Shown here: positions 13,047-26,705 of the stretch, piece by piece | Layout: each line of letters opens with the position of its first letter | Numbering within the stretch: the first letter of the stretch is position 1 | NCBI GenBank assembly: GCA_050273025.1 | Contig: CP158636.1 | Coordinates: 8,680,001-8,744,000, forward strand | DNA: 64,000 nt | Source of the DNA: Cenococcum geophilum | Lineage: Eukaryota | Direction: 5' to 3' | Made by a program: the position numbers and the translations under genes | The notes under the pieces: model-generated | What the model was told of the DNA's origin: nothing | Seen by the model: the letters and a program-made list of their open reading frames with translations, nothing else | The model's database searches: none

Positions 13047-13610
13047 ATGACCAGATCCTTATCGCTACTACCCCTCTTATTTACGGCTCCTAGTACTAGT
13101 GTTATAGCTACCTTCCCTAACAAAACTTATATTCGCACTTAGAATAATAAAGGTGCGTATATTTATAAACTTTAATAGGTCCTTTAACAGGTCCGTGTCT
13201 GGCTTGACATTAATACTCTCTTACTATTAGCAGTGCTATACAAATATAAGTAGGTATACTTATATAGTACTAAGTTTTTATATCTAATATATCTAACTCT
13301 TTATACGGTATATCTATAAGGCACTAAGTTATTATATCCAACTCTATATTTAGCTCTTTTTCTATTTCCACTAGACATTCCTTATAGGCTTTATATTTAC
13401 ACATATACGTTATTCTATATTTTAGCGGACCATCTCTATAATAATACTAGCAGCGATTACAATAAGCTTAACAATTAAAATGGCTAGACTTATACAATAC
13501 TAGACCAGACGGCTAGATATAGGAGACTAAGAATAGCTGGCCTCTACAACTTCCGTTGCGGAAAATCTATATAGCCTATATTAGCACCACTAAAACAGCA
13601 ACAGTAGTCA
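13047..13610 (+). pseudogene. Candidate small secreted protein with introns, RIP-degraded
   Basis: ATG followed by a signal-peptide-like sequence (MTRSLSLLPLLFTAPSTSVIA) and a GTGCGT...AACAG intron. Confidence 0.35.
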
Positions 13611-14004
13611 AGGCCTACATAGGTTTACACTATACGCACTTTAAATGCTTATAATTAGGGTACCTTTCCCCAAGTCTAGCTTCGTTATAACATTACTATA
13701 CCTTTTATTAGGCCTTTTAATATTATTATAGAAGGATATATACGTAAATCCAACGTTGCTGCGGCGACTAAAATTGTTATTATGGGGCCTATGGGATTAT
13801 TTAATAGCAAAACTCACGATGCGTAGTTTATAACTCTTAGATTTAATAAGCATGTTTTCTTCCTAGTTAGATCTAGTACCAAGATTAAGCTTTTTAAGTT
13901 GCTCTAACAGTTGCGTATGTTTTTCTATGCTGGATATTCCTCGCTAGAATTAAGAATAGGAAGGTTAAAAGTTTAGAATTTATAGGTGGATATACGGGGC
14001 AGCC

Positions 14005-14310
14005 TAAAAGGTAGAAGTCTCGGCATATTATATAAACTTTTATATTCGGCGGGCCGTATATTATTTATAGCTACTAATATAGAGATCTACAAGGCGTACT
14101 ATGCTCACTATAAGGCGTACATACTAGCTTCCAACCCCTCTATTCCGTCCACATTATCTATTACTATTTATATTTTATAGTATAATCTACGTTAATTAAG
14201 CAACTTAGTATAACTTCCCCTTTCTTTTACCTCTCCCTAAGAAAATAATTTTGTCGGCACCCGTAACTATGCTAAGACAATAAGCAGTAGGTTATACTTA
14301 CACAGATCTA
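14005..14310 (-). pseudogene. Duplicated 3' end of the ABC transporter gene
   Basis: De-RIP reads AHRLSTVTGADKIIFL..GSH.ELL.QRGLYY. The downstream aaagg(t/c)agaagtctcggc motif is shared with 14607-14880. Confidence 0.7.
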
Positions 14311-14715
14311 ATATTTTACGTTTATAACTCCACCCGCTATTTTCGGCTTTTCTGTCCACCAGTTAGTAGGTTTTAGGCATCTTAAATACTTACAGCAGCT
14401 ACAGTTCTTTTAAGAAATGCCTTAATATAAGCTATACTTATACTATACTTATTAAACCATATAATACTATAAAAGGGTACTATATAAATATCCATAAGTG
14501 TAGTTATAAAGACTTTTCTTTAACGCGGTTAAGTTATATTACGCTTTAGCCGGAGTTAAGAGCATAAGGGCTAAACGCCTAGAACTTATACGGTAGGCGG
14601 GGTAGTAAAAGGCAGAAGTCTCGGCCTACGTATAAGTTAGCGCTCCTATATTACTAGCCTACTAATATAGACTTATTACTATCCGCAAGGCTATATACGC
14701 TAACCTCCTATTTTA

Positions 14716-16760
14716 TTTAGCTTCTATCCCTACCGTTACCCACTGTCCACATTTCGTAGTATAGCCCACGTTAATTAAGTAACTCTATATAACTTCCCCT
14801 TTCCTTTATCTCTCCTCTATCTAAGATAATAATGTTATTAGCGCCCGCAATTATACTAAAACGATAAGCAATAAGTAAAGTTATTTAACCTTATACTTTA
14901 CTTTTAAGTAACTTATAAAGCAACACCTCTATTAGATTATCTACAGCAGAGGTAGCTTTATTAAGAAGTAAAATCTTTACCTTTTTAAGGATGGCACTTA
15001 TAATGGCAATACGTTAACGTTTACTACCTAAGAGTTTAATACCTCCTTCCCCAACGGTAGCGTTATATCCACCGTCGTAATCTACAATCCGCTTATAAAT
15101 AAAAGCGGCTTTATAGGCCTTTACAATTCTATTACTATCCGCACTAATTCTATACGCTATATTTTCTTTAATCAACCTATTTAGTAAATTAGGGTTTTGC
15201 GATATAACTATAATATTCTTTTATAGACTGCTAAGCGTAATATCACGGATATTTTGGCTATTAATTTTAATATTCCCTTTATTAGGGTCAATAAAACGTT
15301 ATAAGAGGTTAAGGACTATAGTCTTGCCGCTTTCACTTCGTCTAATAAGTATAATAGTCTTTCCTCCCTTAACTGTAAAACTAATTTTTTTCTACTGCCG
15401 GCTTGCCGCCACTGGGGTAGGAAAATAAGACGTTATTAAATTTAATATAACCGACGGTAGCCTTAAGGCACGTTACTCCTTCTTTTTTAATAATAGATGG
15501 CCTAGATCGAAGAAGTTTAGAAAAGCGTTCTCCTTTACTAAGGCACTGCATAAGCAGCTCGTACGACTATGTAAGAAATCCTATAAAGCTATATAGCTTT
15601 AGCTATAAAATAATCAGAATATATAAGCTGCCTAGAGTTACGGTACCCTTTTTAATACGAAGAATTACGAGCTATATTGCGGTTAGTAGCCCAATTAATT
15701 AGGATATATCCTGCAAAAAATTAGCAGATAGCGCCGTCCAAGCAATTTATAGTATTAGCTTAACGGTATCCATTACTATAGAGGAAAATTAGGCCAGCTC
15801 GCAATCTTTATAATTAGCTAAAGCCACTAGCGTTTAATATTTAACTCCTTTAAATCTAAGCCGGTTTTCCCTATATTAACTTATAAAATATTCCTAATAC
15901 AGCCGGAAAAGCTTAGGATTCTTAGTAAGTTCGATCTAGATATATATAATAACTATAGCTATTATAATAAGTCTAATATACCTATTAATAACGTGTGATA
16001 TATAGGCTATAATAGTGATAAAATCGACTACTAAAGGCACCGTATTAAGAAATACTATTTCCGCTATAGAGACAAATCTCTTTCCCGAACCTAGAACCTC
16101 TAAAACTTCCTTAAAGCTTTTATCTTTATAGAAGTCTATTAAGAGTCCTATAACGTATTTAAAGCCACCCTCTTTAATATTGCGCTTTATAGATGTTATA
16201 ATATACCTTCTTACTATCGGCACCAATTTTATCGGAATAAGAAAAAGATTTTATATTATATAGAAGAAGAATTTTTAAGTAGGGGAGGAACCTATAAGAC
16301 ACTAGTTAGTTAATCCTATTAAAAACGATATAAATATATATACTAAATCTAATAGCATCTATTATTGCACCCTCCTATATTAATAGTAAAATCACTAGTA
16401 GCCTACGGGCTCCTTCTGCAATAACTACAAAGTAAATTAAAACCTATATTTTTAAATCCCTTAGCCGTAGATATGGTATAATAACTAAGAGGTCTCTTCT
16501 ATAATCTTACTAGCTTTTTATATCGCTAGTTTAGGGTTACTCTCTAAGTAGCGGCTTAGCTTTAGTTGTAAGGTAATATATTCTATCTAGGATAGAGAGT
16601 CTAACCAATAGAAATATCCTTAGAGATGATATTATAAGGTGTATAACTTAATAAACATTACTTAGTTAGCTAATAGTAAGGAGGATAAAGCGGGCGATAT
16701 CTAGGGTATAGGTGGCTAGGTAAGAGCTAAAATAAGGATACCTTTCCTTAGGTAACCGAA
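14716..16760 (-). pseudogene. ABCB half-transporter, HMT1/ATM1-like, RIP-inactivated
   Basis: De-RIP motifs: Walker A G.SGSGKTT (~15330), signature KLSGGERQRIAIA (~15020), Walker B ILLLDEATSAVD (~14960), IAHRFSTI and GSH.ELL..RGLYYEMW. The ORF at 15936-16226 is transmembrane-like. The start is uncertain. Confidence 0.85.
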
Positions 16761-18279
16761 TTATTTCGAAATAAAAAAAGACCCAAGTGCTACTCTATAT
16801 AAGTATTAAAACTTCTAAAAAGGCCTAAACGTTAGGTTAGTATAGAACTATAGTCCTATAGAGTAGGTTTATACATATATATATATAGTGATTTACTTAA
16901 ATATAACCTAGAGAATACCTTCCGTAACCTAGGAGTCTATTAAATCTGCTTATAAATAGTAGGATTTAAACATTTATATAGCTGGTTATAACCCCTACTA
17001 CCATCTATAATATAAGAGTGGGTGGCCCCTATATAACTAATACCGACTATAATCTTAAAGCTTAAACGGTATAGGTAAGGAAAGAAACGGTTAGAAGTAA
17101 GAGATAAATATAGTCGAACGTTATAAATAGTTCTATGTTTTGTAGCTCTATAGGATAAGATATAGGTATATAGGTATCTTTAGCGCTTTATATAGCTTTC
17201 TAAGTATAAGTAAAGACAGTACTGCTAGACCTTTATTCGCCCTAATCTCCAATAAAATGACACGCAAAAAACTGGGATGGAAGTAGCTATCTAAACTAAA
17301 ATAAGACTATATATACACGCCACCGACAACTAAGAGTTAGCTACCTATAGTAGATACCACCTAAGCGCCCTGACGCGCCTTCCGCATTCCAGCTCTCTTA
17401 TATAATTACGCGATACTAAACCTATATACTAGGGTACCCTACATTTTAAGCGCTCGCATCATCTATATAATCAATGCTATTTTACTTTAGTAGGTACTTA
17501 ACCTTAATAGGGGTACTAAATTACGTAAATGGAGCGTGTTGGTAAACCTATATAGCAATTTTAGTTAGCTAACAGTCCGATCTTTTTTACTTAGTAGTTA
17601 ATAAGACTAGATCTTAAGCTTCTTTATCCCTCTAATATCTCCGCTCGCTCTCTGTTAGAGATGGCCCCCCTTTTATAAATTTATAATTTAGAGCTTGCCT
17701 CTTTTAGGAATTGTATATTATATAACCCTATAATAAGTTAGCTAAAGGAAATTTAGTAAAAGGTAGTTCCTACTAGTAGCATAATCTTCTTATAAATTGT
17801 ATAAAAATAAGTCCTATACGCTGTACACTGGTATAAATTGTCCATCGAAAAATAACCGCTATACGTTAGTCGACTTTCTAGCGTAGTCCTCTTTAAGCTA
17901 TAACACTAAGGGGTATAAGGTTGAGGGAGTGAATTATATAAAGATTAATTTGTTTTATCCTTGGTTTCGGCTATAGTGGTTATAAACCGATTAGGATTAT
18001 TTAATATCTAGGTATTATAGAGCTAACGGCTATTAGATTGCGCTCCCGTAAGAGAAGGTTACCCTAACTATATACTATACAGCTATTTTTCTTTTCTAGC
18101 TAGGGCAACGGTATATATAAAAGTGGAAATTAGCCCCAAGGCGGAATATAGATCCCGCTGGAAGATCTGTATATAGAAGGCGTTGGTGGCTTCGTTGGAC
18201 TTACTTATATATAAGCAAAGAGGCCTTAATAAATTACAGCGGCCCACCCTATTATTAAGTCGCAATTTTCTTATATGTA

Positions 18280-18355
18280 AGCAAACGATTTTCTTATATA
18301 TGAGCAAACGATTTTCTTATATGTGAGTAAATGACTTTCTTATATATGAGCAAAG
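18280..18355. repeat. 23 bp tandem repeat (gcaaacgattttcttatatatga), ~3 copies
   Basis: Directly visible. Confidence 0.85.
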
Positions 18356-21300
18356 AAGACTTAACAAATTAAAATGATTTCCACTTATAGATAATTAGAC
18401 CACTCCTACTTTTAAAGGCTTATCCTATTAGAGAGTCGCACCTTTCTTATATATAAGAAAATAAAACTTGCCTTATATAAGTCTAGAGCAACTCTTTATA
18501 GTTAATTCGTACCCTTATACGGGAATTACCTCTCTCCCTAATTTAGGATAAAAGAAGTCATATTGCCGATTGATTATATAGTCTTACTCTAGCTCCTTAG
18601 CTGCTTTAAATATATATAAAGACTATAGATCCTAGGCGTTTATCTCTTAGCTACTATACTTTACTTCTCTCCTTTACCTTACGCTTAACTTAGAGAGTAC
18701 TTTTTTTAAATATCCCGGTATCGTATTACTTGGGACTTAGAACACCCTATATATTATACTAATAGTGCCGTTTCTACTTTTACGCCCCCTTTAACTAAAT
18801 AGAAGGGTTTATTACGCTCTAGCACTCTATCTCCCCTTTATAGCCTATCTAAACAGTAGAGTCTAATATGGTCTAGCAGCCTAGCTCTTTTTTACTACAA
18901 TCTAGCCAAACAGAAGCATTTACTGTACTCTACTACTCTACCTTATTCTTCCTACGACCTACCTAGCTAGGAGGATCTATTATACTTTAGCACTTTACCT
19001 CCTTTTTTTAGCGAGCGACCTAAATAGGAGGATCTATTACACTCTATCTCCTATAGACCCCCTAAGGCCATTTAGGAACATTATATTCCACTAATTCTAA
19101 ACTTACTCCTTTCCTCTTAGGTATGCTCTACTTATGACCTTAAACTAGATCCTTAGTATCACCCTAAACTAGCTATACACTATATATTTTTAGAGGATAT
19201 ATATTCTAAATTTACATTAGATTAGGGGTATACGTTAGTGCAGTTATATTAGGAGGTCTATAGGTTTAACAAATATTCGTTTAAGGTATTGTTACAGCTA
19301 AAGCAGCTTAAATTAAGCCGTAAGGTTTGCTTACTAGTGTTTAAAAGCAGCGTGGTACATCTTCTACTTTTGCTTTAGAACAAAGAAAAAGAATATAATG
19401 GCCTAGAGGAAGCCGTGGTAAGATAAGTGCCTATCCTTTTAGTTTTATATGTACTAAAATTTGTAAGCAGGCTATAGCCAAGCGAATAGTAATTAAGGAG
19501 ATAAGGAGTTATAATTTAAAGATGCGAACTAAGTGTTTTAATTATTCTGCTCTTTAAAAAGCTATGTACCGTTAAAGAGTATATACTAAAATACTCGCCA
19601 TTAGTTAAATTAATAGAGTGCCTCTTAGTGGATTTAAGGACGACTTTCCTTTAATTAAGGTGCTATGGCTAAAACTAATTATAAAATTACAGTAAGATAG
19701 TATTAGTAGAGCGGGTTCTTTATATATAATTGGTTGTAATTAGTATATTATTTTATTTACCATCATAAAAATACTTTTATAACTATTAAATATTTTTAAT
19801 CCCCTTTTTAGATAGAGTAAGGCAGGAATAAGTAGTCGGAACTAGGCATTCTATATAATAGCCTACAACAATTACTAGGCGAGTTTAGGTGTGCTCTATT
19901 ACAGTACATAGTCGTTATACCTTTTTATTAAGGACTTTAATACTAACTTTTATCTTCTTAGGCGGAATTAACTTAGTAAAGTAATTAAGAACGCGATGCT
20001 TTCGACTTAATTAGACTCTAAACTTAATACCTACGTTAACTACGTTATGCGGGCCTGTTTCTAAATCTATATTAAAACCGCCACTTAAGCAATATACGTG
20101 TACCTATAGCGCCTAATTTAAAGGCAAAAAGGCAACTTACAGCTTAAAATATTTAAGTATCTCTACTTTACTATTCTTAGTTAACCTAAAACCAGTTATT
20201 ATATATTCTATCCTTTATTTATATCGTAAATATATTATTAAATTAATGCAAATAGCACTTTAATTTTTTTATAGTTTATACTTTTAGTTTAATAACATTT
20301 CCTATATTAGCTGTTAGCGCATATATTAATTTAGGGTATTTTATAGCGGTAAAATATTTCTAGTAGTACGTATACACGCCCGAAACATTCTTCTCCTTAA
20401 AAATTTTAACCATAAGTTTAATCCAAAATCGCTTCTCTTTTCGCCCTCAGCTTATCCTTTACTCCTCCACATCTTATTCACTCTCTATCCGCTATTAGAA
20501 CAAATATATAGTCCGTTTATATTTAATAGAGAAAAGGGCCACAGAATATATCTCCCACAGTAGTTTTTTAGCCTTTAGGTATTTCTTATCGGCCTCCTCT
20601 AATACCGGATAATTCTTTTATAATTTCCTTATATATATAGAAGTTTCTCTAATATCGCATATAACCTAACTACGCCCTACTAAAATAACTCCTTTTATTT
20701 AAATTAGTATTAGCGGGTTAATAACTAGAGGATAGATAGCCAAAGCATATAGGTATAAACACTTAGACGGACTCTCTCTATCCTAGCCAACTTAAATAAA
20801 GCTATACGCACTTTATGGTCTAAAGGCGCCCTTTACCTAAAAGGAGCTATAAAGAATAAATCCCCAAGCGATATAATTAGGGAGGATATTATTATTAATA
20901 ATATAGACCTTCTAACTCTTTTTATAGTTAATAGACCGCTAATATACCGTTAGGTTGTTCGTTTAATACTCTTCTAGACTTAGAAGTCAATCTATATTAC
21001 TAAATATACGCCTTAGATATTTACTATACCTTATAATAATAGGATTAAAGCAGATAAAAGATGGCCTTTTAAAGTCTCTTTAATATAGTATATAGCTTTT
21101 CTAGGTAATAAAACATCTTATATAATAGAAGTTAGCAAATATACCCAGGAACTACAGATAGAAGAGATAGTAACTTTAATTATAGAACTAGGTAATATAT
21201 ATATGCTATATCTTAAACACTCTAGTTAATATTAATATTCTAACTATAGGCTAGATTTATATGTCGCGCTTAGTTACCGCGTAATATCCCCTATATTATA

Positions 21301-22803
21301 AAACAAGGTAAAGAGCAAGGCGAAGCGCAAGTAATTTTTATTCACTACCTCTATTATAATAAGCCTTTTTTAGAAATAGTAAAACAGATTTAGCTAGCTA
21401 ATTAAATAGTTAGTTTAGGTTAAAGGGAACGTTTTAAGGCACTTAAATGGAGTAAATATATAGTTTTAAAAGCCTAATAAGAAAAAACATAGCTGCGATA
21501 TATAGCGTTATGGCGATATATAGTAAGGGACTATTACCTTAAGTTAGCGAAATTAAATTAATATACTTAAAAAGGCGTAGTACCTTTGCTTCCGATATGC
21601 TATAAGCTACTAATAATATAATAGGGCGAAGTGTAGCGGGGTACTATATTGCCCCCACTTTCTAAAAATGGAATAGCCGGGTAGCTTTATATTGGGTACT
21701 AACTTATTTTTACTCTTTTATCGTGCTTATTACACCACATCTACTAAATTTTTAGCCACGTTCCTTCGCACAATTTTATCGCGTTAGGTTAACTTAGTAA
21801 GGAGTAGATATAGCGCAAATAAACGAAATGCTTACTTATAGGAGTATATACTGGTCGATTATTAGGCCCATAAGGCTAATAAAAGGTACCTCTTTCTTAT
21901 ATAATTCCCTAAGCGCTCTCCTATATAGTTATAAATTTAAAAACTAGCCTTTATAAACCCTTAGACTATAAAGACATTCGGTACTTACTATTATATAAAT
22001 AGTATATATAGAAGGGGTAAATAAGGGGACCGACGATATATCTAATGGTAAGCTAGAAAAAAAGCCCTCTATACTAGTAATACTCTTAGTGGATTATATA
22101 TACTTTTACTAAGTAATATATAGTATAGACAGGATATTAAGATAGATAGGAGTTATATAGTTAGTTATACTAATATAGTTAAGTAGAAAGATATTCTTAC
22201 AGTCTTTATTAAGAAGTAAAGCGGCGTTAAAGCTGTGTAAATACTTCTATATAATTTAATTCGTATAGGCCTAGATTAAAAGGGGTAGGCTATCCTTTTA
22301 ATAAATATAGATAAAAGATGTACGCTTTTTAGTCAGCCTTTAGTGCGGTTCTTCTGTCGCGAAGGCACTTAAACTAAAATATTCTATTAAATTAACTCCT
22401 AATGCCCTTAAACACGATATTATCCTACTATTTCCTAAGTTAATTATTATATCTTTATCGCCTATAAACTACGGAATTGTATATAAAATACGCTTAGAGG
22501 GATCAAACTTCGCTATAATAAAATTCGAGAGCTGTTATACCGTAATTTCCCCTCTTTCTATAAACTCTACTAATAGTTAAGCTTTACTTAAATAATAAAG
22601 GGTAAAATTACGAACCTAAAGGATATAATGCATTATTATCTTTATAATATATTGCGGATACGCTTCTATAATTTAAGTTACTAATTAGGTCTAGGACAAG
22701 CTAAGCGTCTTAGTTAAGTCCTAGATAGGTAATAGGTTAATTCTCTATTACAAAAGTAGATTTATCCGTAGCTGCTAAATATAGGTATACTAGGGTTTAG
22801 GTG

Positions 22804-24469
22804 TGTCGGAATATATGGACAGAAGTTACGTAGTTACGTGTCGTCGGTCGTGTCTTTGATTAGTCACCCTTATGGTAACTAATCAACCCCCTACTTAGGC
22901 ACCGCGATCCTTACGATCCTCTGCTTTCTACACCTATTAGACAAGAATCAATTCAGCAGTTAATAGGCCAATCAAGTGCACTTGGGTGATACCGACATTG
23001 ATTAATGGTTAACCTCACCGGTTGGCTATAGAGCAACAAGGTTCACTGCCGCCCCAGCAGCTTCGTTCGATCGCAAGCAGCATTCCAGTACCTAGCAGCA
23101 AAACCACACCAGCAGCTACCTCAGCAGCATCCAACCTCAGCTAGCTTAGAATATATGACAAATACGCACGAGACATTCTACAGCACGCAAATCAATACCC
23201 AGCAGACCTCTTTGTTGAGCCTATCTGCATACCAGCTTTGACAGCACCCAACATCCAACCGCCCTCGGGCAGTACCCCATCAGCAGCTACCTTAGCAGCT
23301 ACCCTAGCAGTACTACGGCAGCGCTCTAGCCGTACACAGCACACCAGCTTTTATAGCACCCAACACCCAACTACCCAACTGCTTTACGCAGTACCCCAGC
23401 GTAGCTACGCAACTCAGCAGCAAACCAATATCTAGTACGCGTCTTAGCATACAAACCAATACCCAACAGCTTCGTGCAGTACTCCAGCGTCACAGCAACT
23501 CAGCAGCGTCAGCAGCACCACCCAATACCTAGCAGCATCAGCAGCACCCAATACCCAACAGCCTCGTGCAGTACTCCAGCGTTACAGCAACCTAGCAGCG
23601 TCAGCAGCACCAAATACCCAACAACCCAGCAGCGTTAGCAGCATCCCACAACCCAGCAGCATCAGCAGCACCCCCTATAACCCCGACACCGTCTGCCGCC
23701 TTCCTTGTAGATCTGCTACGTCGAAAATTACGTTAACAGCACGCCCCTAAACGCCAGCGTGCCCCCTTCCCTCCTACGGCCTTTGCAAGCCACAAATACC
23801 ACGTCAACAGAGTCTATATATTAGTGGTTTTACGCATAAAGAAAGAACTGCTAGTGTTGGAATGTATGGACAAAGGTTACGTGGCCACGTGCGCCCCCAA
23901 ACGCCCGTAACCTACGAATAAGACAACTGCCGTGCCAATACGCCTACGGACAGACAAGAATTCGTGCCGATACGCCTACGAATACGACCCCGTTGCTGGC
24001 ATTATACTGCCACCCAAATGACCCTGCGCTGGTACCGTACTACTACCTACACAGACAATAATCGTGCCGATATGCATACGATACATTGACCAACCGATAG
24101 CACCAATACGCCTGCTATCACGACCCTACCGACCGACTGATAGACGAGCTCTACGTTCAACCACTATCACCACCCGACGCTCGCACCGTACTGCTAGTGC
24201 TAGAATATATGGACAGAGGGTACGTGGTCACGTGTCTTAGGATGGCTGTTCTACGCACAAAGAAAGAACTGCCAGTGTCGGAATATATGGACAGAAGTTA
24301 CGTAGTTACGTGTCGTCGGTCGTGTCTTTGATTAGTCACCCTTATGGTGACTAATCAACCCCCTACTTAGGCACCGCGATCCTTACGATCCTCTGCTTTC
24401 TACACCTATTAGACAAGAATCAATTCAGCAGTTAATAGGCCAATCAAGTGCACTTGGGTGATACCGACA
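22804..24469 (+). mobile_element. Non-autonomous LTR retroelement (TRIM/LARD-like), 1.67 kb
   Basis: 194 bp LTRs at 22804-22997 and 24276-24469 (TG...CA, one visible mismatch). 5 bp TSD AGGTG. Purine tract acaaagaaagaa before the 3' LTR. No pol domains. Confidence 0.95.
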
Positions 24470-24479
24470 AGGTGTTTAA

Positions 24480-26530
24480 AATTAGCAAGGATTTATAAAG
24501 TGCTATTACGTTAGCTGTGGCGTACCGTATATTAGTGGCCGACTTATAGTTTAGGTTATGTTTTGGGTATTTTATAGCTTATATATCTATATTAAGATTT
24601 TCTAAGCTCTAGTTGCCTTTTAGATAATTAAAAGGGGCCATTTAATAGAAAGAGTCGCTAAATATTATTAAGGATAACTTAAGGGTATCTTACAAAATAA
24701 TCTTATCACCTCGGCCGCTGGTAGGATTAGCGCTACTATTTAAGGCAGTTAATAAGCTTAGTCCACGCTTTAGTAAAGCAGAGGTTAAAAAAGGCCTAGG
24801 TATTACTAGCTAAGTTTTTACTAACTAAGCATTTATCGGCCGAGCTTTAATTCCCATTAACGCTTCATATAGTTTTAGGTATTTACTTTTATAATATTAA
24901 TTAACTGCTTTTATGGTTATAAGGAGTATCTAGTATATATTATAGTATTTTTACTCTAGCAGTTTACAGTAGGTAGAATAAAGTAGCTTCTTTAATTTCG
25001 CTTTCTTCCGGGTATATATTAAGAGGGGCCCTATTATTATAAAAGAGGTATTACACTCTTTAGCCTTACAATAGTACTTCTTCTTACGCCTCTTTTTACG
25101 CCTTAGCTTACCTACCCCCTTCTCTAACTAGTATATATTAGCCCCTAGAGCACCCTCTAATAAAATAGTTCCCCTTCTAAAGCTAGAGCTAGAGCTAGAG
25201 CTAGAGCTAGAGCTAGAGCTAGAGTTAGAGTTAGAGTTAGAATTAAAGTCGGAGTTAGAGTCTTCTAGTTATAATAAGTTTGCACTCTTAAAGGTATCTC
25301 TAGGAGACTTTATTATAGAAGTTCGACCTATTACCTAATTAGTATAAAATTTAGCCGCAAGATATAGTGTAAAATGCTCTCTTACTATACTCTTAGTTTT
25401 AAAGACGCTCTATTATAATAATAATATAAGAAAAGTACGGTGGGAGTATTAACTAGGACGGCAACGAGTTCTAATATTTATATTATTCTAATAAAAATAT
25501 ATTAATGCTTCTATTGGTGGCGGCAGCTATTAATAAGGGTTAGAGGATTTAAAGGACGTATACCAATAGAATATATATAGCACTGCTTGGCTTGGCGAAC
25601 TATTAACTAGTTATCTTATAATCCTATATATAAGCTACTCTCTATAGCCGCTTCTAAGGTAGAGTTTAATAAACTACACCTTAAATATAGGAGAGGTAAT
25701 ACATAATTAGAGGCAGTGCTTAGGTTCCCTTCCGTATAAATTCTCTAACTTTAACCTTCTCGTGTAATAGAACCCTACCGAAATTTTCTTCTATATCCTA
25801 ACTATTAGCTAATACTGCCTTTTAGTTTATTACTTATATAAAAACTAGGTGTTAGCGAAACTATTTTAGAGGGCTTTTTAAACTCCGCCCAATATATATT
25901 TATACTACGTATAAATAGACTAAGGATTTATTTCGAGTTACAGTAATACTACTTAATTAAATTCTTTCTTAAACGGTGTATGTAAGCTAATACTCTCACT
26001 ATAGGAGGAGTACAAGCCTTAAGCTCCATAAGGTATTTAAGAATATTAGCTATACCTAAGATAATGCTTACGCTACTCGCCGCTATACGCCTATGCTGAC
26101 TTAGTATATTAATATTAGCACCTACCTCGACAAGTAACTAAAGCACGTCTATATGTCCGTTGTTAGCCGTATAGTGCAGTGGTGTATTAGCGCCTTAATT
26201 AAATAGGCTTATATCCTAAAAGTCCCTCCTTAGATCCCTGATCTGATTAGCGGAGATATCCGCGCCTTTATTAATAAGAAGTTAAACAGCGTCTATAAAT
26301 CCCCGTCTAGTAGCAAAATATATTTTTAGCTAGTGAGTTATATTAAGGACACTAGTTACCTACTTAACCCTAATTACCTTTATATACTTTGTTGCTTAAA
26401 GTGCTAGTATAAGCATAAGTAAAGATATATAGCTTAGGAGATTAGCTTAGATAGGAAGTCGTTATATAATACTTCTCTTCCTTTATCCGTTTAGGTTGAT
26501 TTAAGAAATTCAAATATATATCTCGTCTAT
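24480..26530 (-). pseudogene. Ankyrin-repeat plus C2H2-type zinc-finger protein, RIP-inactivated
   Basis: De-RIP reads HFAARRGFIDAVQLLIDKGAD and TPLHYAANNGHIDVLQLLVEAGADIN (26100-26320). A Ser/Asp hexamer tract lies at 25180-25260, followed by RKKRRKKKYYC.AKEC.TSF....LL.H (~25020-25100). Confidence 0.7.
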
Positions 26531-26584
26531 AGTCAGTCCGTTAGATATTTTATAGCAACTATATTATCTATCCCCTATTAGCCA

Positions 26585-26705
26585 CCCCTTACCTTACCCT
26601 TTACCCTACCCTTTACCTTACCCTTTATCTTACCCTTTACCTTACCCTTTACCTTACCCTTTACCTTATTCTTACCTCACCCTTACCTTACCTACTACCC
26701 CTTGC
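26585..26705. repeat. Low-complexity (CCTTACCCTTTA)n tract
   Basis: Directly visible. Confidence 0.85.

Noticed and set aside
17000..22700. Additional cargo pseudogenes (coding-like stretches near 17600-18200, 18700-19700, 20350-21100 and 21850-22700)
   Set aside because: They are probably real degraded genes, but I could not recover motifs or reliable boundaries.
26585..26705. Interstitial telomere repeat
   Set aside because: The units are CCTTAC/CCCTTTA mixtures, not a (CCCTAA)n array.
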